DNA of 64,000 bases, from positions 744,001-808,000 of the forward strand of contig NIVC01000051.1 in assembly GCA_002269645.1 (NCBI GenBank), read 5' to 3'. Every line of letters begins with the position of its first letter. Within the stretch, counting starts at the first letter, position 1. This document shows, piece after piece, positions 53,080-64,000 of this stretch. The notes beneath the pieces were generated by a model. That model was not told where the DNA came from and made no database searches. It saw only the letters and a program-made list of their open reading frames with translations. Both the position numbers and the translations under genes were made by a program. The stretch comes from Macrostomum lignano. Taxonomy: Eukaryota.

Positions 53080-54095
53080 TTATATGGGATTCCCGATTCG
53101 ATTACCCAAGATTCAAGGTCATGATTTGCACGGGATTTCCAAATCCTTCACGAGTCAAGGTCATGATTTGTACGGGATTCCCGATTCCTTTACGAGTCAA
53201 GGTCATGGTTTGTACGGGATTCCCGATTCCTTTACGAGTCAAGGTCATGATTTGTACGGGATTCCCGATTCCTTTACGAGTCAAGGTCATGGTTTGTACG
53301 GGATTCCCGATTCCTTTACGAGTCAAGGTCATGGTTTGTACGGGATTCCCGATTCCTTTACGAGTCAAGGTCATGATTTGTACGGGATTCCCGATTCCTT
53401 TACGAGTCAAGGTCATGGTTTGTACGGGATTCCCGATTCCTTTACGAGTCAAGGTCATGGTTTGTACGGGATTCCCGATTCCTTTACGAGTCAAGGTCAT
53501 GGTTTGTACGGGATTCCCGATTCCTTTACGAGTCAAGGTCATGGTTTGTACGGGATTCCTGATTCCTTCACGAGTCAAGGTCATGATTTGTACGGGATTC
53601 CCGATTCCTTTACGAGTCAAGGTCATGGTTTGTACGGGATTCCCGATTCCTTTACGAGTCAAGGTCATGGTTTGTACGGGATTCCCGATTCCTTTACGAG
53701 TCAAGGTCATGATTTGTACGGGATTCCCGATTCCTTTACGAGTCAAGGTCATGGTTTGTACGGGATTCCCGATTCCTTTACGAGTCAAGGTCATGGTTTG
53801 TACGGGATTCCCGATTCCTTTACGAGTCAAGGTCATGATTTGTACGGGATTCCCGATTCCTTTACGAGTCAAGGTCATGGTTTGTACGGGATTCCCGATT
53901 CCTTCACGAGTCAAGGTCATGGTTTGTACGGGATTCCCAATTCCTTTACGAGTCAAGGTCATGATTTGTACGGGATGACCGATTCCTTTACGAGTCAAGG
54001 TCATGATTTGTACGGGATTCCCGATTCCTTCACGAGTCAAGGTCATGGTTTGTACGGGATTCCCGATTCCTTCACGAGTCAAGGTCATGACTTTT
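53080..54095. repeat. 42-bp minisatellite GAGTCAAGGTCATGGTTTGTACGGGATTCCCGATTCCTTTAC, about 24 copies
   Basis: Highly homogeneous; open in several frames because the unit is a stop-free multiple of 3. Confidence 0.97.
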
Positions 54096-54854
54096 ACAGG
54101 ATTAAAAGCGAAATGACACGAGATTAACTGCATTTATAAACTGTTATAAAAGTTATCGAGTAAATAAACGCGCACACGGTCACACGGTGCGCACTCGTAA
54201 CTTAAATAATATATTATATTATAAATCATAAACCACAATGAATTATTATCGTTGATACAAGTAATAAAAAACGATGCATACTGACGTGGTGTCTGGAAAT
54301 AGAAAGTTAGTTCTTTTTTATTACTAAAATTACGATAGATAGTATTTACTGTAGATAGGTAGTTAATTTATTAATTTAAGAAAGATTATTATTAAACACT
54401 ATCGCACTAAGCGAAAATTGCTTGGCCATCAGATAAGGAAAGGAGTTTATGGTAATTTCAAATAAAATATGACATTGGAATTTCAATTACAGCACTACAA
54501 TGAATTGTACTTTAAGCAGACGCAATAAATATTGTTTCGACATAAACTCCTTATTTAATAAACATTTCTTGTGAGCTTAGCACAACAATTAAAAGATACT
54601 TTTGGACAGAAAGAATGGCAACGCGTCTCTTAGAATTGGAGCAGCAATAGAGAGCTTATTATAGATAATTTATCTAAATCACAAACACTTATGGAAGAGA
54701 AGAAAAAACAGTAATTCTTCTGTTAAGGTCAGAGCAGAATTTATTAGACAAATGAAATGAATATTAACAAGTTCCGTGTTTCGTGTTTGTACACAAATAC
54801 TTAATGAAAAGAACTAAATTTAAATAGCAAAACGATTTTAACTACCGCAAAACA

Positions 54855-56275
54855 GAAGAGAAGAGAGAGAAGAGAGGAGAGGAGAAAGGAGATGAAAGGT
54901 GAGAAGAGGAGAGACGAGACGAGAGGAGAGGCGATGGGGAGAGGAGGGGAGAGGAGAGGAGAGGAGAGGAGAGAGCAGAGGAGAAGGAGAGAGAGAGAGG
55001 AGAAGGAGAGAGAGAGAGGAGAAGGAGAGAGAGAGGAGAAGGAGAGAGAGAGGAGAAGGAGAGAGAGAGAGGAGAAGGAGAGAGAGAGAAGGAGAGAGAG
55101 AGGAGAGGGAGAGAGAGAGGAGAGAGAGGAAGGGAGAGAGGAGAAGGAGAGGAGAGGGAGAGAGAGGAGAGAGAGAGAGGAGAGGGGGAGAGAGGAGAGG
55201 GAGAGAGAGAGGAGAGGAGAGGGAGAGAGAGGAGAGAGAGAGAGAGGAGAGGGAGAGAGGAGAAGGAGAGGAGAGGGAGAGAGAGAGGAGAGAGAGGAGA
55301 GGGAGAGAGAGAGGAGAGAGAGGAGAGGGAGAGAGGAGAAGGAGAGGAGAGGGAGAGAGAGGAGAGAGAGAGAGAGAGGAGAGGGGGAGAGAGGAGAGGG
55401 AGAGAGAGAGGAGAAGGAGAGAGAGAGGAGAGGGAGAGAGAGAGGAGAGAGAGAGGAGAAGGAGAGAGAGAGGAGAGGAGAGAGAGAGAGAGAGAGAGGA
55501 GAGGGAGAGAGGAGAAGGAGAGGAGAGGGAGAGAGAGGAGAGAGAGAGAGAGGAGAGGGAGAGAGGAGAAGGAGAGGAGAGGGAGAGAGAGAGGAGAGAG
55601 AGAGAGGAGAGGGAGAGAGAGGAGAGGGAGAGAGAGAGGAGAAGGAGAGGAGAGGGAGAGAGAGGAGAGGGAGAGAGAGAGGAGAGGAGAGGGAGAGAGA
55701 GGAGAGAGAGAGAGAGGAGAGAGAGAGAGGAGAGGAGAGGGAGAGAGAGGAGAGAGAGAGAGAGGAGAAGGAGAGAGAGGAGAAGGATAGGAGAGGGAGA
55801 GAGAGAGGAGAGAGAGAGAGGAGAGGAGAGGGAGAGAGAGGAGAGAGAGAGAGGAGAGAGAGAGAGAGGAGAGGAGAGGGAGAGAGAGGAGAGAGAGAGA
55901 GAGGAGAAGGAGAGAGAGGAGAAGGAGAGGAGAGGGAGAGAGAGAGGAGAGAGAGAGGAGAGGAGAGGGAGAGAGAGAGGAGAGAGAGAGAGAGAGAGGA
56001 GAGAGAGGAGAAGGAGAGAGAGGAGAAGGAGAGAGAGGAGAGAGAGAGGAGAAGGAGAGAGAGAGGAGAAGGAGAGAGAGGAGAGGAGAGAGAGGAGAGG
56101 GAGAGAGAGGAGAAGGAGAGAGAGGAGAAGGAGAGAGAGGAGAAGGAGAGAGAGGAGAGAGAGAGGAGAAGGAGAGAGAGAGGAGAAGGAGAGAGAGGAG
56201 AGGGGGGAGAGAGGAGAGGGAGAGAGAGGAGAAGGAGAGAGAGAGCAAAGAGAAGAGGAGAGAAATAAGGATAGA
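54855..56275. repeat. 1.4-kb polypurine (GA-rich) array
   Basis: Almost entirely G/A on the + strand. Confidence 0.97.
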
Positions 56276-56511
56276 TGACGGGGGTGGCAGTAAGAGGCCT
56301 AGAGACAGACACACGAGCTGAACAAGTTAGAGCAGAGAGACAGACAAAGATACGCAGACACAGGGGAGTGCACACTGCTAATTAGCTGAAAGCAGACACA
56401 CACACAAATTGATAACAAGTGAGACAACAATACCGAATAAACACAAAGACTAATAAAAATAAATAGTGAGTAGAGAGGAAAAGTCAAAGAACCAGCTCGG
56501 TTTCCCATAGA

Positions 56512-59500
56512 CTAGCTATTGGCGAACTGCTGAAAGAAGGCCTTCTTAAGCTGCCAGACGCAGTGGCAGAGCTCGGCAGAGGCTGACAGAGACAAGCCCA
56601 GCCCGCTAACAACAGTGGGCAGAGTCAGCAACAGGAAGGCCTGTCCATCGACCTTCTCAGACACGAGCAGCTCGCAGACATCGTCAGATATGTCCGTATT
56701 GGATTTCAAATAGATTAACAATTCGTCAATTGACCAATGCAACGGATTAGAAATCAATGGAGGAGCTAATTTAGCTTTCTTACTACTAGTAGTAGTAGCA
56801 GATGCGGCCGCTCCAGCCGAGGCAGAAGCCTGCTGCTGCTGCTGCTGCTGCTGATCATCGTTATGATTATTATTGCGCCGCTTTTTGCGCTTCTCTAGCA
56901 GGGCGTAGCTGGGCAGACGGACGCCGCGAGTTTGCACCCGAGCGGCGCCGCCATTAGCTGAGGAATGGTTGCTAGCCAGATCGTCGTCAACATCCGCGCC
57001 ACCTTGATAGCTGTCGTCTCCGCCTGCCTGATGCTGCGGTTGCTGCTCCAGCTGAGGCAGATTGCTAGCCGAAGCATTCGGTCTGAGCAGCCTAGGCGGT
57101 CGAGTCTTCCTTGGCAACCGTTCGACTGTGAGCAGTTTCTTTAATCTGGCCTGGCAGGTCTCCGGGCAGGAGGTGCGCAAACGGAATACGCTAACAAAAT
57201 AGGGACAGGCCTTCAGTCTGATGCAGAACTGCTTCAAATATTCGTCTAGAAACATGCTGTTATTGCACAGCTGCACTATTGACGAATAAGATTTGCCTTT
57301 GAACTTCGCTTTCATCGGGCGTTGAGCCAGAGAATCGCGCGGCTCTTCGGGATCACGCTCGATGTCTTTTAACACCTTGGTGGGGTTGTAGGCCGCTTGT
57401 ACTATTCGACTGATTAGGTCTTCGAGTAGGACGCACACGTCGCCTGGACCGAGGGACTTTGGTAGGCCGTCTACGGAGCCTTTGGACAGGCTGGGGCCCA
57501 CGTGGCAACGGCTGTTGACGTAGATTTTGCTGCACCAGCTTGGCGGATGCACGTTAGTTAGCAGGCGCTTGTGATGGGCCGCCTGCAATGGTGGCAGGGT
57601 AGTTGAGACTTTTTAAAAGGCTTAACTATAACATTTTTTCTACAGATTGCTACTGTTAGTAGGCGAGAAGCGTGTGTGTTAGAATAATAAGTAAAGCATG
57701 TTCACTGAAGGGTAAAATATATTGCATATGCGTCAATACATCGAATAGTAGTTATAAAAATAAGGTACTCTAAACTAGAGGTAAAATTATTAAATTAGTT
57801 ATAGTACGCCTATTAGCAGGCTTTACTGAGTAGGTCAACAAGTGGGTCAATAAGTAGGTCAATAAGTAGGTCAATTTGTAGGTAAATTAGTGGATCAATA
57901 AGTAGGTTAATTAGTGGGTCAAAGAGTGAACCTTGTGACTAAAGTGAAAACATAAAGCAATTAATTTGAGTAAGTATATATTAATATACCTGTTGATAGC
58001 AAAACGGCACAGACATTCGATGGCCATTCAGTTCGGCCCAGCCAACGTGGAACAGGCTGGTGGATCCCATGTCAACCAGAATTGGCGGAGACAGCGGCGG
58101 CAGATGATTGAGATGCAGCAGCATCAGCCGGCCAATAAACCTGGTGATGGTGGCCGGCACCAGAGTATTAGCTGGTTCCTCTTGGCTGACCATTTCCAAC
58201 TTTTCGCCCAGACAAAAGTCGAACTCTTCGTCTGGCAGCTGGAAATATGAGTCGGGCGGGGCCTGGGCGGCTTGACCGTCCGATGAGGCTGGGAGGCTGG
58301 CCAGGTAACCAGCCCAGGTGAAGTGGCCGCTGTGACCTGGGAATTGCGGTTAATGGGAGTACAGTGGTTTGTGATGGGCTGTTTTGTAGTTATGCTAGTC
58401 TAGTCTACACTGATAAACTAGCTGATAAACACCCCCCACAACTGACTAGCTGATAAACACCCCCACAACTGAATAGCTGATAAACACCCCCACAACTGAC
58501 TAGCTGATAAACACCCCCACAACTGACTAGCTGATAAACACCCCCACAACTGACTAGCTGATAAACACCCCACAACTGACTAGCTGATAAACACCCCCAC
58601 AACTGACTAGCTGATAAACACCCCCACAACTGACTAGCTGATAAACACCCCCACAACTGACTAGCTGATAAACACCCCCACAACTGACTAGCTGATAAAC
58701 ACCCCGCTGTACGACTGACAAGCTGATAAACAACCCAACCACTAACTAGCAGATCGACATTCCCATCACTGACTAGCTGATAAACACCCCGCAACTGACT
58801 CCGATAAACATTTCACAAACGACACCAATAAACACCCTACAACAAACACTAACAAACACCTCATAACCGACACAGATAACATTCTACAGCTGACACATTG
58901 ATAAATATCCCACAACCGACACTGGTAAACTCACCCGGCGGAGGAGTCAAGGGCAGCGACCTCGAGGCGCAAGTATTAGCGGCGAATATCTCGCAGGTCT
59001 CCGCAGTGCACAACCGTTTCACGCTCTGCCGTTCACTAGGCGGCCGTAAATCGTCCAATTCGACAATGAAAAAGTGCTTGTCAATCACTGACACGACAGA
59101 GGCGGGCTGGATAGTCCGCCTATGCACCGGATGCACAGCTTCCATTCGATGGCCCAAGCGGAATCTATGCTGCGGCGGGGCCCGATGCTTGCGCATAAAT
59201 TTACCGGCTAATGCTGGTTGCCATGACGACGATAGGCTGGTGGCCGACTCGTTGGACACCCGGCCCGACTCGGTCAGGCTGGGAGAATAATAGTAGGGAA
59301 GTGACGACTTCTGCTCGCCATCCGAGGCGCCAAACCCCAACGGATGCAGTCGGTGGCTGGTGAAGAACAGGTAGAACGGCTCTCTGTCGGGCCGGGGCTC
59401 CGAGCACTGCTCGTCCATCCACACGAGCTGGAGTCGGCCGCCGCGGTTGCTAACGACCTTTGGGTGGCGGGATGATGGCGTTCGAGGTGCTCGCACTGAG

Positions 59501-61057
59501 GAAACTGGAACTGCGCTATTAGATTAAGGAACCGATCTACCCGAAAGCCGAAACTGGAACCAATCTACCCGATACTGGAACCAACCTACCCGAAAGCCGA
59601 AACTGGAACCAATCTACCCGATACTTGAAACAATCTACCAGAAACTGGAACCAATCTACCCGATACTGGAACCAACCTACCCGAAAGCCGAAACTGGAAC
59701 CAATCTACCCGATACTGGAACCAATCTACCCGATACTTGAAACAATCTACCAGAAACTGGAACCAACCTACCCGAAAGCCGAAACTGGAACCAATCTACC
59801 CGATACTTGAAACAATCTACCAGAAACTGGAACCAATCCAACCGATACTGGAAACAATCTACCAGAAACTGGAAACAATCTACCAGAAACTGGAACCAAT
59901 CTACCCGAAAGCCGAAACTGGAACCAATCTACCCGATACTGGAACCAATCTACCCGATACTGGAACCAATCTACCCGATACTGGAACCAATCTACCCGAA
60001 ACTGGAACCAATCTACCTGATACTGGAACCAATCTACCAGTAACTGGAACCAATCTACCAGACACTGGAACCAATCTAACCGATACTGGAAACAATCTAC
60101 CTGATACTGGAACCAATCTACCCGATACTGGAAACAATCTACCTGATACTGGAACCAATCTACCCGATACTGGAACCAATCTACACGATACTGGAACCAA
60201 TCTAACCGATATTGGAAACAATCTACCCGATACTGGAAACAATCTACACGATACTGGAACCAATCTACCTGATACTGGAACCAATCTACCCGATACTGGA
60301 AACAATCTACACGATACTGGAACCAATCTACCCGATACTAGAAACAATCTACCAGAAACTGGAACCAATCTACCCGAAAGCCGAAACTGGAACCAATCTA
60401 CCCGATACTGGAACCAATCTGCATTCCATCTGCATCCCAGCTAACCTTAACAAACCACAGAGCGTATGGCATCAGACAGTTGCAGCACTCCAACAGGCCG
60501 CCCTCCAGAATCCTCTCAGCCGGTTGCAGGGCGTCACCATCAAGCATCTCAGTCGGAGCGTCCTCGCCTTCGCCTTCGCCTTTGCCTAGTAATAAACTTT
60601 TCAATACGGCATCGTCTGCAGTGTCTGAAGAGTCGCCGACTCGAACTTCGGGCGGCGGTTTTACTAGCGTGGGGTTCTGGCGGCACCAATCCAGCGATTT
60701 GCCAGTCTTGCTGGCCACGCTGTACCACACTGGCTGCTGATGCTGATGCTGCTCCTTAGCAACCGACGAAGCTGCGCCAACGAATTGAACGCCTAGCAAC
60801 GGTCCGCTAGCAGTTGCTATGCGAACTGGCCAATAAGTGTCGCGTTTCCATGGCAACGCGAACAGCATGCCAGGCCGGCAGAGGCTGGCGTGGGCAGCTT
60901 CTACGTGATGGAAAGTGTCGGAATCGGCCGCGATGGCGCCCGTATTCTGCAGGTAATCATCCCAGGTGAACGAGCGGCAGGGGTTCGAGTCATCCTCTGG
61001 TCCCGTTGACGCCGCTAGGGGCGTCTCAACCGGTTTGGCGGTTGCCGGCTCTGCGGT
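56512..61057 (-). CDS. SFMBT: SFMBT1/2-type Polycomb protein (4 MBT repeats, SLED, SAM); no ATG-containing first exon found
   Basis: Exons 61057-60446, 59457-58935, 58336-57990, 57582-56512 are phase compatible. MBT motifs [59 protein letters not shown]; [45 protein letters not shown]; [25 protein letters not shown]. Confidence 0.93.
58405..58860. repeat. 27-28-bp minisatellite CTGACTAGCTGATAAACACCCCCACAA (SFMBT intron)
   Basis: Tandem array. Confidence 0.93.
59528..60420. repeat. 21-bp minisatellite GGAACCAATCTACCCGATACT with higher-order variants (SFMBT intron)
   Basis: Tandem array filling the intron. Confidence 0.95.
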
Positions 61058-61244
61058 CTGCAGAGGGCGGAGGGTCGGAGGGTTGATGTAGTTAAAGAGG
61101 AAAAAGAATTAGAGCAGGAGTCGTGAGTTTGCAAGAAGTTCAGTAACAGGTTATGAAGTTGAGTGAACAGTTGGAGATAGAGATGGTAGACTTAAAGGAG
61201 CAGAATGAAAGTAGAGAGCTGAGAGGAGTCGAAAGAGTTAGAGT

Positions 61245-62025
61245 AGATGAGAGTAGAGAGTAGAGGAGAAAGACAGCAGAGTGTAGACTAGAGAGAGCAG
61301 AGTGTAGAATAGGGAGAGCAGAGTGTAGAATGGAGAGAGTAGAGTGTAGACTAGAGAAAGTAGAGTGTAGACTAGAGAGAGCAGAGTGTAGAATAGGGAG
61401 AGCAGAGTGTAGAATAGGGAGAGCAGAGTGTAGAATAGGGAGAGCAGAGTGTAGAATGGAGAGAGTAGAGTGTAGACTAGAGAGAGCAGAGTGTAGAATA
61501 GGGAGAGCAGAGTGTAGAATAGGGAGAGCAGAGTGTAGACTAGAGAGAGCAGAGTGTAGAATAGGGAGAGCAGAGTGTATAATAGGGAGAGCAGAGTGTA
61601 GAACAGGGAGAGCAGAGTGTAGAATAGGGAGAGTAGAGTGTAGACTAGAGAGAGCAGAGTGTAGAATAGGGAGAGCATAGTGTAGAATGGAGAGAGTAGA
61701 GAGTAGACTAGAGAGCAGAGTATAGACTAGAGAGAGCAGAGTGTAGAATAGGGAGAGCAAGAGTGTAGAATGGAGAGAGTAGAGTGTAGACTAGAGAGAG
61801 CAGAGTGTAGAATAGGGAGAGCAGAGTGTAGAATAGGGAGAGCAGAGTGTAGAATAGGGAGAGCAGAGTGTAGACTGGAGAGAGCAGAGCGTAGACTAGA
61901 GAGAGCAGAGCGTAGAATAGGGAGAGCATAGTATAGAATGGAGAGAGTAGAGTGTAGACTAGAGAGCAGAGTGTTGACTAGAAAGAGCAGAGTGTAGAAT
62001 AGGGAGGGAGAGAGTAGAGTGGATT
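61245..62025. repeat. 21-bp minisatellite AGAGTGTAGAATAGGGAGAGC between NUBP1 and SFMBT
   Basis: Tandem array. Confidence 0.95.
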
Positions 62026-62139
62026 AGAGAGAATAGGTTAGTGTCGAATATATTGCAGTAAACCTAATGCGGCAGCAAAATGACTATAACAAAGAAAAGA
62101 CGAAGCCTGGCAAAGAAATTAAAAAACCAAAAGATATTA

Positions 62140-62145
62140 TTTATT
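62140..62145 (-). terminator. Probable NUBP1 polyadenylation signal AATAAA followed by a U-rich tract
   Basis: Minus-strand AATAAA then TAATATCTTTTGGTTTTTTAATTTCTTTG; the only such hexamer I noticed between the NUBP1 stop and the SFMBT acceptor. Confidence 0.5.
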
Positions 62146-62524
62146 ATAAATCAATCAAGCCCGAAGATAACCGCTCTACTACAAACATTCTTCAGAGCAT
62201 TAGAATTTAGAAGTACAATCAACAGTTTTTGTACAAATTCAGAGCATTAATTGCAGATCTTAATGAATATTGGCCGAATAATTGGAGTAATATTATTGTA
62301 TTGCAGATGACGCATATGATTAACCAATAACTTTATCAGTTCGATGACACATGAAGACATGACACTTAAACGTAGTTAAGAAGATTAAGCATCATAATTG
62401 GTATTGAGAAATCATGAGCACAAATAAAACACAAACCAGAAGTCTGCTGTAGCGAGGGAGAAGGGCGAGTTACATTCCGTACAACAAGAGGCTGATAGAG
62501 GCGGAGCTTATGAAAAAATGAGCG

Positions 62525-63300
62525 GATAGAAGCGCAGATAAGAGTAGAGAAGGGAAGGATGGATAGCAGATAAGGAGGCGGATAAAGGCGGATAAGGGGC
62601 GGATGGAGGCCGATAAGGGGGCGGATGGAGGCGGATAAGGGACGGATAGAGGCCGATAAGGGGGCGGATGGAGGCGGATAAGGGACGGATAGAGGCCGAT
62701 AAGGGGGCGGATGGAGGCGGATAAGGGGGCGGATGGAGACGGATGGAGGCGGATAAGGGGGCGGATAGAGACGGATGGAGGCGGATAAGGGGGCGGATGG
62801 AGACGGATGGAGGCGGATAAGGGGGCGGATGGAGACGGATAAGGAACGGATGGAGGCCGATAAGAGGGCGGATGGAGGCAGATGGAGGCGGATAAGGGAC
62901 GGATAGGGGGGCGGATGGAGGCGGATGGAGGCGGATAAGGGGGCGGATGGAGACGGATGGAGGCGGATAAGGGGGCGGATGGAGACGGATGGAGGCGGAT
63001 AAGGGGGCGGATGGAGACGGATGGAGGCGGATGGAGGCGGATAAGGGGGCGGATGGAGACGGATGGAGGCGGATAAGGGGGCGGATGGAGATGGATAAGG
63101 AACGGATGGAGGCCGATAAGAGGGCGGATGGAGGCGGATAAGGAACGGATGGAGGCCGATAAGAGGGCGGATGGAGGCAGATGGAGGCGGATAAGGGACG
63201 GATAGGGGGGTGGATGGAGGCAGATAAGGGAAGGATGGAGGCGGAGAGGGGACGGATAAGGGGGCGGATGGAGGCGGATAAGGGGGCGGATGGAGACGGA
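62525..63300. repeat. G-rich minisatellite GGCGGATGGAGGCGGATAAGGG in the NUBP1 3' region
   Basis: Tandem array; explains ORF 62366-63313. Confidence 0.95.
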
Positions 63301-63373
63301 TGAATATAGTCATATCAGAGCAAACGTGGTCAGGCCAGAATGCAGCAGAGCATACAAATCCAGTGAAGCCTCA

Positions 63374-64000
63374 TCAAGGCAGAGCAGTCCTCAGCTGGTC
63401 AACCAAGAGCCGCATAGCAGTCATGGTCTCGCTACCGTCAGGCATGGTGTCAATCGGACATTGACCCTGATCCAGGGCCCGCGCCAGCCCCGGCTCAATA
63501 GGCACCCTGGCCAATAGCGGCAGTCCGAACTCTTTGCACATAGCCGCAGCTCCTCCGGTGGTGGCCGGAAAAATGTCCGACTTTCGTGTACAATTCGGAC
63601 ACACATAACCGGACATGTTTTCAACGACGCCTAGAACGGGCACGCCTAGCCGGCGGCAGAAATTCACCTCCTTGCGAGCGTCTAGAAGGGACACCTCCTG
63701 CGGCGTGGTGACAATAATTGCTCCGTCTACTCCGGCAGACTTGAGCAGCTGAACAATTGACAGGTGCTCATCGCTGGTGCCAGGTGGCGTGTCAATCAAC
63801 AGGTAGTCCAGCTGGCCCCAATCTACATCGCGTAGAAACTGTTTAATTAATCCGTTTTTACGGGGCCCGCGCCAAACCACCGCTTCGTCTGGCGAGGCCA
63901 ATAGAAAAGCGACGGACATGACGGCGAGGGACTCGTCGGCGTAGACGGGCGACCAGCCGTCGGCGCTCTGGTGGACAGTTTCGCCCAGCAGGCCCAGCAT
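63374..64000 (-). CDS. NUBP1: Cytosolic Fe-S cluster assembly factor NUBP1/Nbp35 (3' part; 5' end outside the window)
   Basis: [77 protein letters not shown]. [15 protein letters not shown] and FPxTTGGA match NUBP1 rather than NUBP2. Confidence 0.95.
   Translation of the reverse strand: MLGLLGETVHQSADGWSPVYADESLAVMSVAFLLASPDEAVVWRGPRKNGLIKQFLRDVDWGQLDYLLIDTPPGTSDEHLSIVQLLKSAGVDGAIIVTTPQEVSLLDARKEVNFCRRLGVPVLGVVENMSGYVCPNCTRKSDIFPATTGGAAAMCKEFGLPLLARVPIEPGLARALDQGQCPIDTMPDGSETMTAMRLLVDQLRTALP

Noticed and set aside
53075-54133. 343-350-aa repeat ORFs on both strands resembling a repeat surface protein
   Set aside because: A 42-bp stop-free unit opens several frames at once; no unique N- or C-terminal domain, signal peptide or splice context.
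54801-56375. Ser/Leu/Pro- and Arg/Glu-rich ORFs of 450-520 aa (also 27692-29209)
   Set aside because: Products of GA/TC low-complexity tracts.

Overview
Eukaryotic (animal) genomic DNA with spliceosomal GT-AG introns. Six protein-coding genes can be rebuilt exon by exon: USP39/SAD1 (+, 18817-24911, with a 1-nt frameshift in exon 5), a CD225/dispanin membrane protein (+, about 27444-32652), pyruvate carboxylase (-, 44351-33486, 12 exons, 1159 aa), an atypical Hv1/TMEM266-like voltage-sensor-only protein (-, 50024-45817, 8 exons, 342 aa), an SFMBT1/2-type 4xMBT-SLED-SAM Polycomb protein (-, 61057-56512) and the 3' part of NUBP1/Nbp35 (-, 64000-63374). Almost every intron longer than about 400 bp holds its own minisatellite, so most long ORFs in the supplied track are repeat artefacts. 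The first ~18.7 kb has no recognisable host gene; it is a stack of nested, mostly non-autonomous TIR transposons and decayed element genes. GC-rich exons, minisatellite-filled introns, (GACA)n, TTAGGG repeats and splice acceptors at gene starts suggest a free-living flatworm such as Macrostomum (inference, not verified). Best leads: (1) SFMBT has no ATG exon of its own, lies just downstream of NUBP1 and begins at a phase-0 acceptor, which would fit an operon in which the flatworm spliced-leader AUG supplies the start codon; (2) an Hv-family protein that keeps the S1 Asp but has a reduced S4 (RLVRLLT); (3) mutually inverted minisatellite arrays bracketing exons; (4) two different TIR elements stacked in one GGCCTAAC target.
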